Positions 50,910-61,083 of a DNA stretch of 64,000 nucleotides are shown one piece after another. The position numbers and the translations under genes are program-made. The notes beneath the pieces were generated by a model. That model made no database searches. It was not told where the DNA came from and saw only the letters and a list, made by a program, of their open reading frames with translations. The stretch is from Alphaproteobacteria bacterium (lineage in GTDB: Bacteria > Pseudomonadota > Alphaproteobacteria > JABAAW01 > JAHZMA01). The stretch is from assembly GCA_965205905.1 (NCBI GenBank), contig CBDBHZ010000012.1, positions 316,445 through 380,444 of the forward strand, read 5' to 3'. Every line of letters begins with the position of its first letter. Position 1 is the first letter of the stretch.

Positions 50910-51918
50910 AGATGAATTAATCACTGAATTTTTACGCCCGCTTGTGCCAAAAGAAGCGTTCGACTTACAAGATGATGGTGCCGTGTTACCACCCTTGCCA
51001 CAAGGCAGGGAATGGGTGATTAGCACCGATTGCATGATGGCAGATGTGCATTTGCCCCTTGATACCGATTTAGAGATGGTGGCGGAACATTTATTACGCG
51101 TTAATTTATCCGATATGGCGGCGATGGCGGCAATTCCACGCTATATATTGGTGCAGTTGGGACTATCTAAACAACAGGTAAAACAGGGGTTTCAGCAATT
51201 TTCGAAGGGCTTAAAACTCACCATGCAAAATTATAGGCTGGAGTTATTAGGCGGTGATACCATTTCGTTACCACCCTTGATGAATGAAAAAGCATGGATG
51301 GCAGGCGCGACCATTATCGGGGAGCGTGATGTTAATAAACGGGTGTTGCGAATGGCTTCAAAAGCGGGCGATATTTTGGCGGTAACGGGCACTTTAGGCG
51401 ATGCGGTGTTGGGCTTGAAAATCTTGCAAAATAATCAAATCTCATCCGAATTTCAGCAACAATATCCGCAACATCACGATGCGTTATTGCAAGCCTATTA
51501 TCGCCCAACGCCACAGATTGAAGCAGGCTTGCTGATGGGCAAATATGTCAATGCGCTGATGGATATATCAGATGGGGTGTTTCAAGATGCAGGGCGCATG
51601 TTACGGGCAAGCAGGCAGACACAGGATAATTTAGGTTTACGAATTGATGATGCCAACCTACCAATCAGTGACGCGGCGAGAGTTTTCCTAGAATTTTTCC
51701 CAGAATATAGTGAAGATTTCCGCAATGTTTGGCTTGGGGGCGGTGGTGATTATCAGCTATTATGCGCCGTGCCAGAAGCAAATTTTGAACGATTACAGCA
51801 AGCATTACAAAAATTACAAAAGCCCGTTGCCTTATCCGTTATCGGCGAGTTTAATGATTCTGGTGATTCGTTTTTCGAACGTGAGGATTTACCCAAAAGC
51901 TGGGACCATTTCGCTTAA
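50902..51918 (+). CDS. thiL: thiamine-monophosphate kinase
   Basis: AIR-synthase-related fold; GGDYQLL motif; ATGA overlap with nusB. Confidence 0.75.
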   Translation: MTEDELITEFLRPLVPKEAFDLQDDGAVLPPLPQGREWVISTDCMMADVHLPLDTDLEMVAEHLLRVNLSDMAAMAAIPRYILVQLGLSKQQVKQGFQQFSKGLKLTMQNYRLELLGGDTISLPPLMNEKAWMAGATIIGERDVNKRVLRMASKAGDILAVTGTLGDAVLGLKILQNNQISSEFQQQYPQHHDALLQAYYRPTPQIEAGLLMGKYVNALMDISDGVFQDAGRMLRASRQTQDNLGLRIDDANLPISDAARVFLEFFPEYSEDFRNVWLGGGGDYQLLCAVPEANFERLQQALQKLQKPVALSVIGEFNDSGDSFFEREDLPKSWDHFA

Positions 51919-51920
51919 TA

Positions 51921-52298
51921 TCACTTCTTGCCATGCTCATCTTCGTAATCTTCCAATAAAGACCGATAGCGCGAGGTGAGTAGTTTCAGCAAAGAAATCA
52001 CAAAAGCATCACTTTCATTGAGTTTTTCATCTAGCAAATTGCGATTCATCAGCTGGCAAGTGGTTTCGGTGGTGGCAATCGCGTAAATATGATGCGGTTC
52101 GTCATCAATCAGCACCATTTCGCCCACCGCTTGATTCGGTCCAATATAGGACACATGGCGGTAACGCCCGGTTTTATCGCTGATAAATACTTCCGCCTCG
52201 CCCGTTAGAATCATATAAGCATCGCCTGTATGGGTGCCTTGCTTGATGATATAATCGCCCTTGCGAAATAATATCGGTTTATCTTTTACGTTTGCCAT
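51921..52298 (-). CDS. stand-alone cyclic-nucleotide-binding (CAP-effector-like) domain protein
   Basis: FRKGDYIIKQG...GEMVLI pattern of a cNMP-binding beta-roll; 125 aa. Confidence 0.5.
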   Translation of the reverse strand: MANVKDKPILFRKGDYIIKQGTHTGDAYMILTGEAEVFISDKTGRYRHVSYIGPNQAVGEMVLIDDEPHHIYAIATTETTCQLMNRNLLDEKLNESDAFVISLLKLLTSRYRSLLEDYEDEHGKK

Positions 52299-52308
52299 GA
52301 TTTTTATC

Positions 52309-52866
52309 TTATAAGTCGCGCAAATATTGTTCTAAATATTTTGAGGCATGCTCCAATGCCATTTGCACAGTCTGATAGCGTATATCGGCACGGTTGCCCT
52401 GAAAATGATGCGGGTGAATCATGGTTTGCTCACCATCATAAAGCGCGATAAACACCAAACCAGTTTCTTTATCAGTATCATTCGCTTCCATTTGCGTTAA
52501 GGAATCACCCGCAATGCCCGTGATGGCAATCGCTAACAATCTTTTATGCTGATGGGTTTCAGGCAGATTGCTTTTCGCCTGTTGCCATGCACCTATCGCC
52601 ATCTGTGCCGCACATTTTTCCGATACCGCACCATCATCATTCAAAATCTGCTCACTCACCCCTAAATATAAAATCTTAGCGTTATTATGATAGGTAACAA
52701 AGCCTTGCATAAAAATATCAGATGCGCCCGGTATTTCGGTAAGGCAAGCCGATAGTAAACCACCCGTGCAGGATTCTGCAGTGGTGATGATAAAATTGCG
52801 CGCCTTTGCTTGCTGTAATAGCTCACGGCTAAATTGACGCATATGTGTAATATTGTTAAGTGGCAT
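52309..52866 (-). CDS. CinA C-terminal domain protein (NMN amidohydrolase PncC-like)
   Basis: CinA_C-like sequence (ITTAESCTGGLLSACLTEIPGAS). Confidence 0.65.
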   Translation of the reverse strand: MPLNNITHMRQFSRELLQQAKARNFIITTAESCTGGLLSACLTEIPGASDIFMQGFVTYHNNAKILYLGVSEQILNDDGAVSEKCAAQMAIGAWQQAKSNLPETHQHKRLLAIAITGIAGDSLTQMEANDTDKETGLVFIALYDGEQTMIHPHHFQGNRADIRYQTVQMALEHASKYLEQYLRDL

Positions 52867-53362
52867 TAACTCCCCACACCATAAATTGCCATACGATAAT
52901 TTTGAGGGCTATTATACTATAAATTGCTGCTAAAATGTCATCAAACATCACGCCAAACGCATTTTTTAGCTTTTTATCAGCATAACCAATCGGCGGTGGC
53001 TTGGTAATATCAAAAATCCTGAATAAAATAAACGCCAAACATGCAAAAATCGGCAGACTTAATTCGGGAAACATATTGCGACAACCGAAAATCAACATAA
53101 TTGCCACAGCTTCATCAATCACGATTTTACCATTATCGATAATGCCAGTTATCTCGCCATAATATTTGGTAGCAGGCAGACCGATGATAAATAAGATAAC
53201 TGCCACATGAATCAGCATGATAGGCGATATAAACATCAGCAATAGAAGCGATACAATAACGCCCGCCAAACTGCCCCATGTGCCGGGAGCCGGGCGGATT
53301 AAGCCACTATAAAAAAATGTGGCAATCAGCACGAAACAATGATGCTTTAATTTTTCGGTCAT
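52856..53362 (-). CDS. pgpA: phosphatidylglycerophosphatase A
   Basis: FYSGLIRPAPGTWGSLAG motif; start chosen at MTEKL with ATGA overlap to ispF. Confidence 0.7.
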   Translation of the reverse strand: MTEKLKHHCFVLIATFFYSGLIRPAPGTWGSLAGVIVSLLLLMFISPIMLIHVAVILFIIGLPATKYYGEITGIIDNGKIVIDEAVAIMLIFGCRNMFPELSLPIFACLAFILFRIFDITKPPPIGYADKKLKNAFGVMFDDILAAIYSIIALKIIVWQFMVWGVNAT

Positions 53363-53856
53363 GTTGGTATCCTTATTGTTACATGGGCGAGTGCCGCCAT
53401 GCCTTCTTCGCGTCCCGTAAAGCCCAATTTTTCGGTGGTGGTTGCTTTTAGGCTGATGCGCGTTTCGGGCAGTGATAAATAGCGCGCCAGATTCTGCTTT
53501 AATTTTGGATATATCGGGCGCAATTTTGGCTTCTCGCAAATCAGAGTAACATCGCAAAAAGTGAGCGTGGCACGATGTTGTTTCAGCAAATCAAGCGCAT
53601 GGTCAAGAAAAATTTTAGAATCGGCATTGCGCCATTGTTCATCGCTGGGCGGAAAATGCAAGCCAATATCACCTTGTGCAACCGATGCCAATAAGGCATC
53701 AGTGATGGCATGTAAGGCAACATCAGCATCGGAATGCCCTTTTAAGCTACGGTTAAAATCAAAGGTTACACCGCACAAAGTGATGCTCTCACCATCGCAA
53801 AATTGATGCACATCAAAGCCAGTCGCGCTCCTATATTCGGGGAGATTATCACTCAC
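53359..53856 (-). CDS. ispF: 2-C-methyl-D-erythritol 2,4-cyclodiphosphate synthase
   Basis: GFDVHQF...GHSDADV motifs. Confidence 0.9.
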   Translation of the reverse strand: MSDNLPEYRSATGFDVHQFCDGESITLCGVTFDFNRSLKGHSDADVALHAITDALLASVAQGDIGLHFPPSDEQWRNADSKIFLDHALDLLKQHRATLTFCDVTLICEKPKLRPIYPKLKQNLARYLSLPETRISLKATTTEKLGFTGREEGMAALAHVTIRIPT

Positions 53857-54563
53857 TATATTTGTTCCTTTATTGGTAAATCTTGCGGATAGGTAATCTT
53901 AATATTGCTTGCTTCGCCTTGAATGGCAATGATTTTTTTATCTGCCTGCTCAAAAAGCGCAGAATCATCAGTGAAATCTTGCTTGATATATTGCTGATGC
54001 AACTGATGCAAAATCTGAAACGGAAAAATCTGTGGCGTTTGAATATTCAGTAATTGGTGGCGAGGCAGGGTGCTAATCGTGCCATCATCAGCAACATGTT
54101 TGACGGTATCGCGTGGCTGTATCCCTGCGATAATTGCCGCATCTGGGGCGGCTTTGCTCTGCGTGATAAGGCGATTCAACAAATCTGGCGTAACAAATGG
54201 ACGGGCGGCATCGTGAATCAGCACATGGGTTATTTTTTGTTTTTTCTGGGCTGACGGGCAATGCTGGCTGATATGGTCAAGCCCCGCTCTCACCGAATCT
54301 TGCCTGCGCTTGCCACCATCACAAATGTTGATTGTCATATTATCCTGCTTTATGTCAGGCATCAAATGCCGATGATGAGGGTTTACCACAATCACGAAAT
54401 CATTCAGCAAAGGTGCTTGCGCCAATGCTGATAGGGTGCAAGCCAGTATCGACTTGGTATCGCTGTTATCGCTGGTGAGGGGCAAAAAAGCTTTGGGAGT
54501 GGTGTTTTGCATTCTGGTGCCACTGCCTGCGGCAACAATGATGCTGATAAGTGAATAATTCAT
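53856..54563 (-). CDS. ispD: 2-C-methyl-D-erythritol 4-phosphate cytidylyltransferase
   Basis: IIVAAGSGTRM motif; adjacent to ispF (not fused). Confidence 0.8.
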   Translation of the reverse strand: MNYSLISIIVAAGSGTRMQNTTPKAFLPLTSDNSDTKSILACTLSALAQAPLLNDFVIVVNPHHRHLMPDIKQDNMTINICDGGKRRQDSVRAGLDHISQHCPSAQKKQKITHVLIHDAARPFVTPDLLNRLITQSKAAPDAAIIAGIQPRDTVKHVADDGTISTLPRHQLLNIQTPQIFPFQILHQLHQQYIKQDFTDDSALFEQADKKIIAIQGEASNIKITYPQDLPIKEQI

Positions 54564-54689
54564 GCTACGATTATAGCTTACTTATTGGTAAACCACAATT
54601 ATTGTGTCACAATTACTGTGGTCAAAATGTTACAGTGCTTGTTTGTTTTACCAAAAAAAATTATAAAGATAGCTTATGAAAGGGCGATA

Positions 54690-56087
54690 ATGAGTTTTGA
54701 TATTTTAATCATCAATGATAGTAAAAACGGTTTATTGGCAAAGAAATTAAGCGATTTTAACCTAAAATTTTGTCACAATGCTGATGAATGTTTGCGGGTG
54801 ATGAATGAATTTATGCCAACAATTTTTATTTTTCGCTATCAACATGATAGTGCAGATTTATTGCAAGAAATTAAGCGAAACGTTCAACAATTCTCATTGG
54901 TAAAAGAGAGAATGATTTTAGCGTTTGATGCTGATGTGCCACTCAATGATGCTTTGGGGTATGGTGATGATTACGCGCTTTATGCCATTAATGATGAGGC
55001 TGATAATTTACCTAAGCTGATTCAAAAAATCATGGCTGATACCCAGCAAAATATATTTCCAAATTTTGCTAATATCATCAATAATAGTTACGAGCATTAT
55101 TTGATGGGTGGCTCGCTTGCGGTGCAGGAATTGCAACAAAATCTTAAACAGGCGGCCACCAGCAATAGCCGTGTTTTGTTAAGCGGTGCAGTTGGCACTG
55201 GCAAATGGGCACTGGCAAATTATATCCATATGCATTCAGCGCGTCAAAATTCACCGATTGGCTTGCTATCATGCGGGGCAATAGGTGGTGCCATGCGTGA
55301 TGCCATGCGTGCTGATAGGCTTGAAACACAGCTTTTTGGCAAAGAGGATGGCAGCGGCAATATTATCAGCATTGGTTTGTTAGAACAAGCCCATAGCGGC
55401 ACGTTAATATTAGATAAAATAGAATTATTGCCACTGGCGTTACAGCAAAAGATGGCACGGCTATTGCAACAAAATAGCTTACAGCGCATTGCTGGCAAGC
55501 ACAATATTCGCATTGATACCAGAATTATTGCAACAATTGGTACCGATAGCGAACAAGCGATACAGGATAAGCAATTGGATAGAGATTTTTATCAACGCGT
55601 CAGCCTATTAGAAATTATGTTACCGTCATTAGCAGAGCGGAGGGTTGATATTATTGAGATTGTGCATTATCTTAACTCAAAATGGGCAAAAATTTACGCG
55701 ATGCAACCGATTAAATTTATCATTTCAGCATTGAATATTATCGAAGGGCATAATTGGCAGGGGAATTTCTTTGCGCTCAATAATTTTATCGAACGGTTTT
55801 ATTTGCGTGATACGCAATATATAATGCAAACTGTTGATGATAAAATGGTCAATGCGTTATTATATCCTGATGAGCCAAATAACTCTCAGCAATTAGAAGA
55901 TATGATGCGGCTTACCTATAAGCAGGCAAAAGAAAAATTTGAAAAACAGTATTTACGCTATCAACTGCAACATTATGGTGGTAATATCTCGCAAACGGCA
56001 AAATTTATTGGCGTCAATCGCGTATCGCTTCATCGGAAAATCAAAATGCTAAATTTACCATCACAATATGAAAAGAAACAGGATTAG
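54690..56087 (+). CDS. ntrX: NtrX-like degenerate sigma54-activator-family regulator (REC-like N-terminus, AAA+ core lacking GAFTGA, C-terminal Fis-type HTH)
   Basis: AAA+ core with degenerate Walker A (GAVGTGKW) and no GAFTGA motif. C-terminal HTH GGNISQTAKFIGVNRVSLHRKIK. Immediately upstream of trkA, as ntrX is in alphaproteobacteria. Confidence 0.55.
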   Translation: MSFDILIINDSKNGLLAKKLSDFNLKFCHNADECLRVMNEFMPTIFIFRYQHDSADLLQEIKRNVQQFSLVKERMILAFDADVPLNDALGYGDDYALYAINDEADNLPKLIQKIMADTQQNIFPNFANIINNSYEHYLMGGSLAVQELQQNLKQAATSNSRVLLSGAVGTGKWALANYIHMHSARQNSPIGLLSCGAIGGAMRDAMRADRLETQLFGKEDGSGNIISIGLLEQAHSGTLILDKIELLPLALQQKMARLLQQNSLQRIAGKHNIRIDTRIIATIGTDSEQAIQDKQLDRDFYQRVSLLEIMLPSLAERRVDIIEIVHYLNSKWAKIYAMQPIKFIISALNIIEGHNWQGNFFALNNFIERFYLRDTQYIMQTVDDKMVNALLYPDEPNNSQQLEDMMRLTYKQAKEKFEKQYLRYQLQHYGGNISQTAKFIGVNRVSLHRKIKMLNLPSQYEKKQD

Positions 56088-56090
56088 AAT

Positions 56091-57470
56091 ATGCGTGTTA
56101 TTGTTTGTGGTGCAGGCAGAGTAGGCAATGCGATTGCCGAATATCTGGTAGCAGAAAAGCATGATGTGGTGATGATTGATAATTCGCCTGAAACGGTTGC
56201 CAGAATAGGCGATACTTTAGATGTGCAAGCCTTTGTTGGCAATTCTGCCGAACCTTCTATGCTAGAATTGGCAGGTGCTGCCGATGCTGATATGCTGATT
56301 GCCTCAACCGAAAGTGATGAGGTGAATATGACGAGCTGTCAGGTTGCCAATGCTTTGTTTAAGGTGCCGTTGAAGCTTGCAAGGATTCGCAATTCTGATT
56401 ATTTATTACCGCGTTGGGAAAAATTATTTAACCGCGAGAATATCCCGATTGATGCATTGGTTTCCACCGAAGATGCGATTGCCCGCACCATCACCAGAAG
56501 GGTGAATGCCTTTAATGCCTTTGATGTTATACCGCTTGCCAACGATTCCATGCGCGCCATCGGGATTAAAGTGCCAGATAATTGCCCGTTATTACGCACG
56601 CCATTACGGCAATTAACAACCCTATTTCCTGATTTGCAATGCACCATATTATGTATTGTGCGCAACGAACAATTTATCGTGCCAAAATCACGTGATTATT
56701 TACTGGCAGGCGATCAAGTCTATCTGTGTGCGGCAACCTCGCATATTGAGCGGGCGATTACTATTTTTGGCTTTACCGATAGCGGGCAGACACAGCGCGT
56801 GTTGATTATCGGCGCTAGCCATTTGGGGATGGCATTGCTAGAACAATTATTAAAAACCAGTGATAATATTTCAATCACTGTGATTGAAAAAGACCGCGAC
56901 CGTGCTTATAGGGTGGCCGAAACCATGCCGAAAGTTTCGGTGCTTGCAGGCGATGTGATGGATAATGCTTTGTTAGAAGAAGTGGATGTTGAAACATTCG
57001 ATACCTCAGTTGCCATCACCAAAGATGATGAGTTAAACACGCTTGCCACTTTAATGCTTAAAAAAATGGGAATTAAGCGCGGGATTGCGATTGTTGATAA
57101 ATCTGGCTATTCTAGCCTTGTCTCTAATTTAGGGGTTGATGTGGTGATTAGCCCACGTTTGATTACGGTATCATCAATCATTCAGCATATCAGGCGCGGG
57201 CGGATTCATTCTGCCTATGCTTTATTTGATGGGCGTGCAGAATTATTTGAAATATCGGCACTTTCCACCTCGTCGGTGGTGGGCAAAACAATCGGGTCTC
57301 TTAATTTACCAAAAGGCGTGATTTTTGGCGGTATCATCCGCGATAATAAAGTCATCATGCCGCATCCTGATGTAACAATTTATGAAGATGAGCGCGTGAT
57401 TGTATTTGCGCGCCAAGAAGCAGTGCGCGCTGTGGAAAAACTATTCTCAGTAACATTAGAATATTTTTGA
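56091..57470 (+). CDS. trkA: Trk system potassium uptake protein TrkA
   Basis: Two Rossmann folds (MRVIVCGAGRVGNAIAEYL; VLIIGASHLG), each with a TrkA-C domain. Confidence 0.85.
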   Translation: MRVIVCGAGRVGNAIAEYLVAEKHDVVMIDNSPETVARIGDTLDVQAFVGNSAEPSMLELAGAADADMLIASTESDEVNMTSCQVANALFKVPLKLARIRNSDYLLPRWEKLFNRENIPIDALVSTEDAIARTITRRVNAFNAFDVIPLANDSMRAIGIKVPDNCPLLRTPLRQLTTLFPDLQCTILCIVRNEQFIVPKSRDYLLAGDQVYLCAATSHIERAITIFGFTDSGQTQRVLIIGASHLGMALLEQLLKTSDNISITVIEKDRDRAYRVAETMPKVSVLAGDVMDNALLEEVDVETFDTSVAITKDDELNTLATLMLKKMGIKRGIAIVDKSGYSSLVSNLGVDVVISPRLITVSSIIQHIRRGRIHSAYALFDGRAELFEISALSTSSVVGKTIGSLNLPKGVIFGGIIRDNKVIMPHPDVTIYEDERVIVFARQEAVRAVEKLFSVTLEYF

Positions 57471-57490
57471 TATGCGTATAGGTTAAAATC

Positions 57491-58360
57491 ATGCCAGAAC
57501 AAATTTACTTAAACGGAAAGTTCTTGAACCGTCAATATGCGATGCAACATGCTGAAGACCGCAGCAATCAATTTGCTGATGCAATTTACGAGGTGGTTGG
57601 CGTGTATAAAGGCAGGCTGATTGATGAGGCGGCACATTTGGAACGGATGCAATTCTCGCTTGGTGAGTTAGGCATTGAATTTTTTATGACGATGCCGACA
57701 TTAAAATTGCTGATACGCGATTTATTAAAGCGCAACCGCATTATGAATGGCTATCTTTATCTGCAGGTGAGTCGCGGGGTGCAACGGCGCGACCATGCAA
57801 TCCCGATTCCGCAACCCAAAGCAGGGCTGTATATGGCAACAAAAAACATTGATTTTGATAATAATCCCAAAAGTAAAAACGGTATCAAGGTGATGACAAC
57901 AAGCGATGACAGATGGGCGCGCCCTGATATTAAATCGGTTGGTTTATTGCCCAATGTGTTGGCAAAAAGCGAGGCGATAACACAAGGCTATGATGATGCG
58001 GTGTTTGTTGATGAGGCGGGCAAATTGCGCGAGGGGACATCAAATAATTTTTACGCCATTATGGGCAGTAAAATCTATCAATATCCTACCAATGGCAGTA
58101 TCCTTGCGGGTATTACGCGTATGGGACTATCAAGCCTATTGCCACAATCGGGGCTAGAGATTATCAATGATGGCGTGCCTATCGGTGCGTTAGACCAGAT
58201 TGACGAGGCTTTTATCACATCTTCTGGCATTTTTATTATGCCGATTGTGCAAATCAACCAAACCATTATCGGCGATGGCAAAGTGGGCAAACATACCAAA
58301 AATTTGCAGGCGAGCTATCATAGTTATGTGATGGGTTTCACCCAAGAAATTGCGGTATAA
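57491..58360 (+). CDS. class IV aminotransferase (D-amino-acid / branched-chain aminotransferase family)
   Basis: Fold-type IV PLP enzyme pattern (FGDGV.E-like, E..G.SNNF...G); 289 aa. Confidence 0.6.
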   Translation: MPEQIYLNGKFLNRQYAMQHAEDRSNQFADAIYEVVGVYKGRLIDEAAHLERMQFSLGELGIEFFMTMPTLKLLIRDLLKRNRIMNGYLYLQVSRGVQRRDHAIPIPQPKAGLYMATKNIDFDNNPKSKNGIKVMTTSDDRWARPDIKSVGLLPNVLAKSEAITQGYDDAVFVDEAGKLREGTSNNFYAIMGSKIYQYPTNGSILAGITRMGLSSLLPQSGLEIINDGVPIGALDQIDEAFITSSGIFIMPIVQINQTIIGDGKVGKHTKNLQASYHSYVMGFTQEIAV

Positions 58361-58361
58361 A

Positions 58362-59036
58362 ATGAGCGAACTTCCTAAAATTATTCTGTTCGATTGGGAC
58401 AATACCATCGTGCAAAGTGCCAAAGCGTTAAAAGATGCGATGGAAACAGTGCTTGATATGGGTTTCCCCTTGCCCGATACAGATGTGCGCGAGCAATATT
58501 TTGGCACCAGTTTTCGCAGTGGTTTTCCGCATTTATTTGGGACAAAATGGCTAGAAGCAAAAGAAATCTATCATCAAAAATTCCAATCATGCCGTGATGC
58601 TTACCCTAATCAGCTGTTTCCTTATGTGGCTGATGCTGAACAAATTTTACATCATTGCAAAGAGCAAAATTATCAGATGGCGGTGGTGAGTAATCGGTTG
58701 CATGAAGATTTGGTGTATGAGGTTCATAAAACAGGGTTGCAAGATTTGTTCTTTTGCATTTGTGGCTCAGGTCCATCAGAGGCTGATAAACCCGATACCA
58801 GCCATGCACGATATGCGTTGCAAATGGGTGGCTACGAGAAGATGCTCGATGATGCTTCAATGCGGCAAAATATCGTGATGATAGGTGATTCTAAAGTGGA
58901 TATGCTGTTGGCAAAGAATCTTGATGTTGCGGGTATCTTGTTAATCGATGACGGACAGCACATTAAGCAAGCGACAGATTGCCATATCATCAATCATTTG
59001 CGTGAATTGCCGAATTTGTTAAATAAGTTATGGTAA
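58362..59036 (+). CDS. HAD-superfamily hydrolase (phosphoglycolate phosphatase-like)
   Basis: ILFDWDNTIV motif I, and later HAD motifs (VSN....; GDSKVDM). Confidence 0.55.
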   Translation: MSELPKIILFDWDNTIVQSAKALKDAMETVLDMGFPLPDTDVREQYFGTSFRSGFPHLFGTKWLEAKEIYHQKFQSCRDAYPNQLFPYVADAEQILHHCKEQNYQMAVVSNRLHEDLVYEVHKTGLQDLFFCICGSGPSEADKPDTSHARYALQMGGYEKMLDDASMRQNIVMIGDSKVDMLLAKNLDVAGILLIDDGQHIKQATDCHIINHLRELPNLLNKLW

Positions 59037-59095
59037 ATATTTCATCACCATGCTATAATAAGAATGTTAAATTCCAAATATAAAGGAAATGATAA

Positions 59096-59656
59096 ATGGT
59101 TAGTGCCATACAAGCCCATTCAACTGAAAATAATTTATTTGCCGATTTAGATGGCGAAATTGAACAGCTGGTAACATTGGTTGTTGATAATCAAATTTTC
59201 GGTATTCCTATCTTGCAAGTTCAAGATATTGTTGAGCCTAAAAATATTACCTCCGTGCCGCGCGCGCCTTCCTTTGTCTGCGGTGTGTTAAATTTACGCG
59301 GACGGATAGTAACTGTGATTGATTTGCAAGTTTGCATGGGCAAGCGTGACAAATATGAATATCATGAAGGGCAAATGAGTGTAACCGTTGAATATGAGGG
59401 TGATTTATACACATTGCTGATAGATGATATTGGCGATGTTCTCAATATTCATAACAGTCAAGTCGGCAAAGTGCCAAAAAACCTTGATGATGCGTTGCGT
59501 GATGTTTCGAGTGGTATTGTGCAATTAGATGAGGAATTATTATCTATTTTATCTGTGCCAATGCTATTCAAACGGCTTGAATATCTCAGTAGAAATAGCA
59601 ATGAAAGAGAAGGCGAGATTGCAACTGCTGGTGGCAGACGCGAAGATGAAGAATAG
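59096..59656 (+). CDS. cheW: chemotaxis coupling protein CheW
   Basis: FGIPILQVQDIVEP...GVLNLRGRIVTVIDL is a CheW domain. Confidence 0.8.
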   Translation: MVSAIQAHSTENNLFADLDGEIEQLVTLVVDNQIFGIPILQVQDIVEPKNITSVPRAPSFVCGVLNLRGRIVTVIDLQVCMGKRDKYEYHEGQMSVTVEYEGDLYTLLIDDIGDVLNIHNSQVGKVPKNLDDALRDVSSGIVQLDEELLSILSVPMLFKRLEYLSRNSNEREGEIATAGGRREDEE

Positions 59657-59685
59657 GGGATGAATAATAGGGCTGATTTTTAGCT

Positions 59686-60510
59686 TTATTTCTTTGCCTG
59701 ATTTTTTGCCTGATTGTAAGATAAGGCATCAACCATAAAATTATGTAAATCAACATTGCTTGCTAATATCTGTTTTTGCGTGGCAGCCTCCCAATGATTG
59801 ATTCTTTTGCCTGATAAATCGCTGACCATACCACCTGCTTCACGCATAATGATAACGCCCGCAGCAATATCCCATATATGCAAACCTTCTTCCCAAAAAC
59901 CATCGTAACGCCCACATGCCACATAGGCTAAATCCAATGCCGCCGCACCAAAACGGCGCACCCCTGCAGTGTGGGGCATGATGCCACTGACTTGGTTAAT
60001 GAAATTTTGATAGCGCACCATTGATTTACCGATAAAAGGAATGCCTGTGGCAAAAATTGATTCCGCTGGTTTAGTGCGTTTTGATGGGTGAATCAGCCTA
60101 TCGTTCAGATACGCACCTTTTTTATCTTCAGCAAAGAAACACTCATCTTTAATCGGGTCGTAAATCATGCCTGCAACCAGCCGATTGCCTTCGGAAAGCG
60201 CGATAGAAATTGCAAAATGGGGAAGCCCATGCAAAAAATTGGTTGTGCCATCTAGCGGGTCAATAATCCAAAGCGGTCGCATGGTATCACCATCAAATTC
60301 GCTTTCTTCGGCTAAGAATCCAATATCAGGTCTGGCATTTTCTAGCACCGAGATAATAATATCTTCGGCTTTGGTATCGGCTTTGGTAACAAAATCACCG
60401 GGACCTTTGATGGATACTTGCAGATTTTCAACTTCGTTAAAATCGCGTACCAAACTACGTCCAGCTTTTTCAGCAGCCTCGCGCATAATGTAATAAAGTG
60501 CAGTTTTCAT
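59686..60510 (-). CDS. suhB: inositol monophosphatase family protein
   Basis: WIIDPLDGTTNF and adjacent IMPase motifs. Confidence 0.8.
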   Translation of the reverse strand: MKTALYYIMREAAEKAGRSLVRDFNEVENLQVSIKGPGDFVTKADTKAEDIIISVLENARPDIGFLAEESEFDGDTMRPLWIIDPLDGTTNFLHGLPHFAISIALSEGNRLVAGMIYDPIKDECFFAEDKKGAYLNDRLIHPSKRTKPAESIFATGIPFIGKSMVRYQNFINQVSGIMPHTAGVRRFGAAALDLAYVACGRYDGFWEEGLHIWDIAAGVIIMREAGGMVSDLSGKRINHWEAATQKQILASNVDLHNFMVDALSYNQAKNQAKK

Positions 60511-60513
60511 GGA

Positions 60514-61083
60514 TTAAATCTTCGCCCGTTCTACAAAACTATTATCAGTGCTATTCACCACAATCGCGGTGCCAGATTCAATATATTGTGGCACCATCAC
60601 GCGCAAGCCATTATCGCAAATCGCAGGCTTGAACGACCCTGATTGCGTCTGCCCCTTTACCACACTATCGGCTTCAGCCACTTGCAATGTGATATGTTCT
60701 GGCAGGGTAACGCCGATAATTTCCTGTTCATACATCTCAACCTCTACCTCGATGCCTTCTTGCAAATAAATGCTGGCATCTTCGCCAATAATATCGTGGG
60801 CAATCGCGATTTGGGTATAGTCGCTATTATCCATGAAATGATAATCCGAACCATCAGCATATAAAAACTGACATTTTTTCTGGTCTAGCCTTACTTTTTC
60901 CACAGTTTCTGATGAGCGAAAACGTTCATTCAGCTTGGTGTTATCGCGGATATTTTTAAGCTCCACCTGTAAAAAAGCACCGCCTTTACCGGGTTTAACA
61001 TGTTGCGTTTTCACAACTTTCCATAAGCCTGATTTATGCTCTATCACATTGCCATGGCGTAAATTATTGCCGTCAACTTTCAT
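60514..61083 (-). CDS. efp: elongation factor P
   Basis: 189 aa; KPGKGGAF motif. Confidence 0.9.
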   Translation of the reverse strand: MKVDGNNLRHGNVIEHKSGLWKVVKTQHVKPGKGGAFLQVELKNIRDNTKLNERFRSSETVEKVRLDQKKCQFLYADGSDYHFMDNSDYTQIAIAHDIIGEDASIYLQEGIEVEVEMYEQEIIGVTLPEHITLQVAEADSVVKGQTQSGSFKPAICDNGLRVMVPQYIESGTAIVVNSTDNSFVERAKI

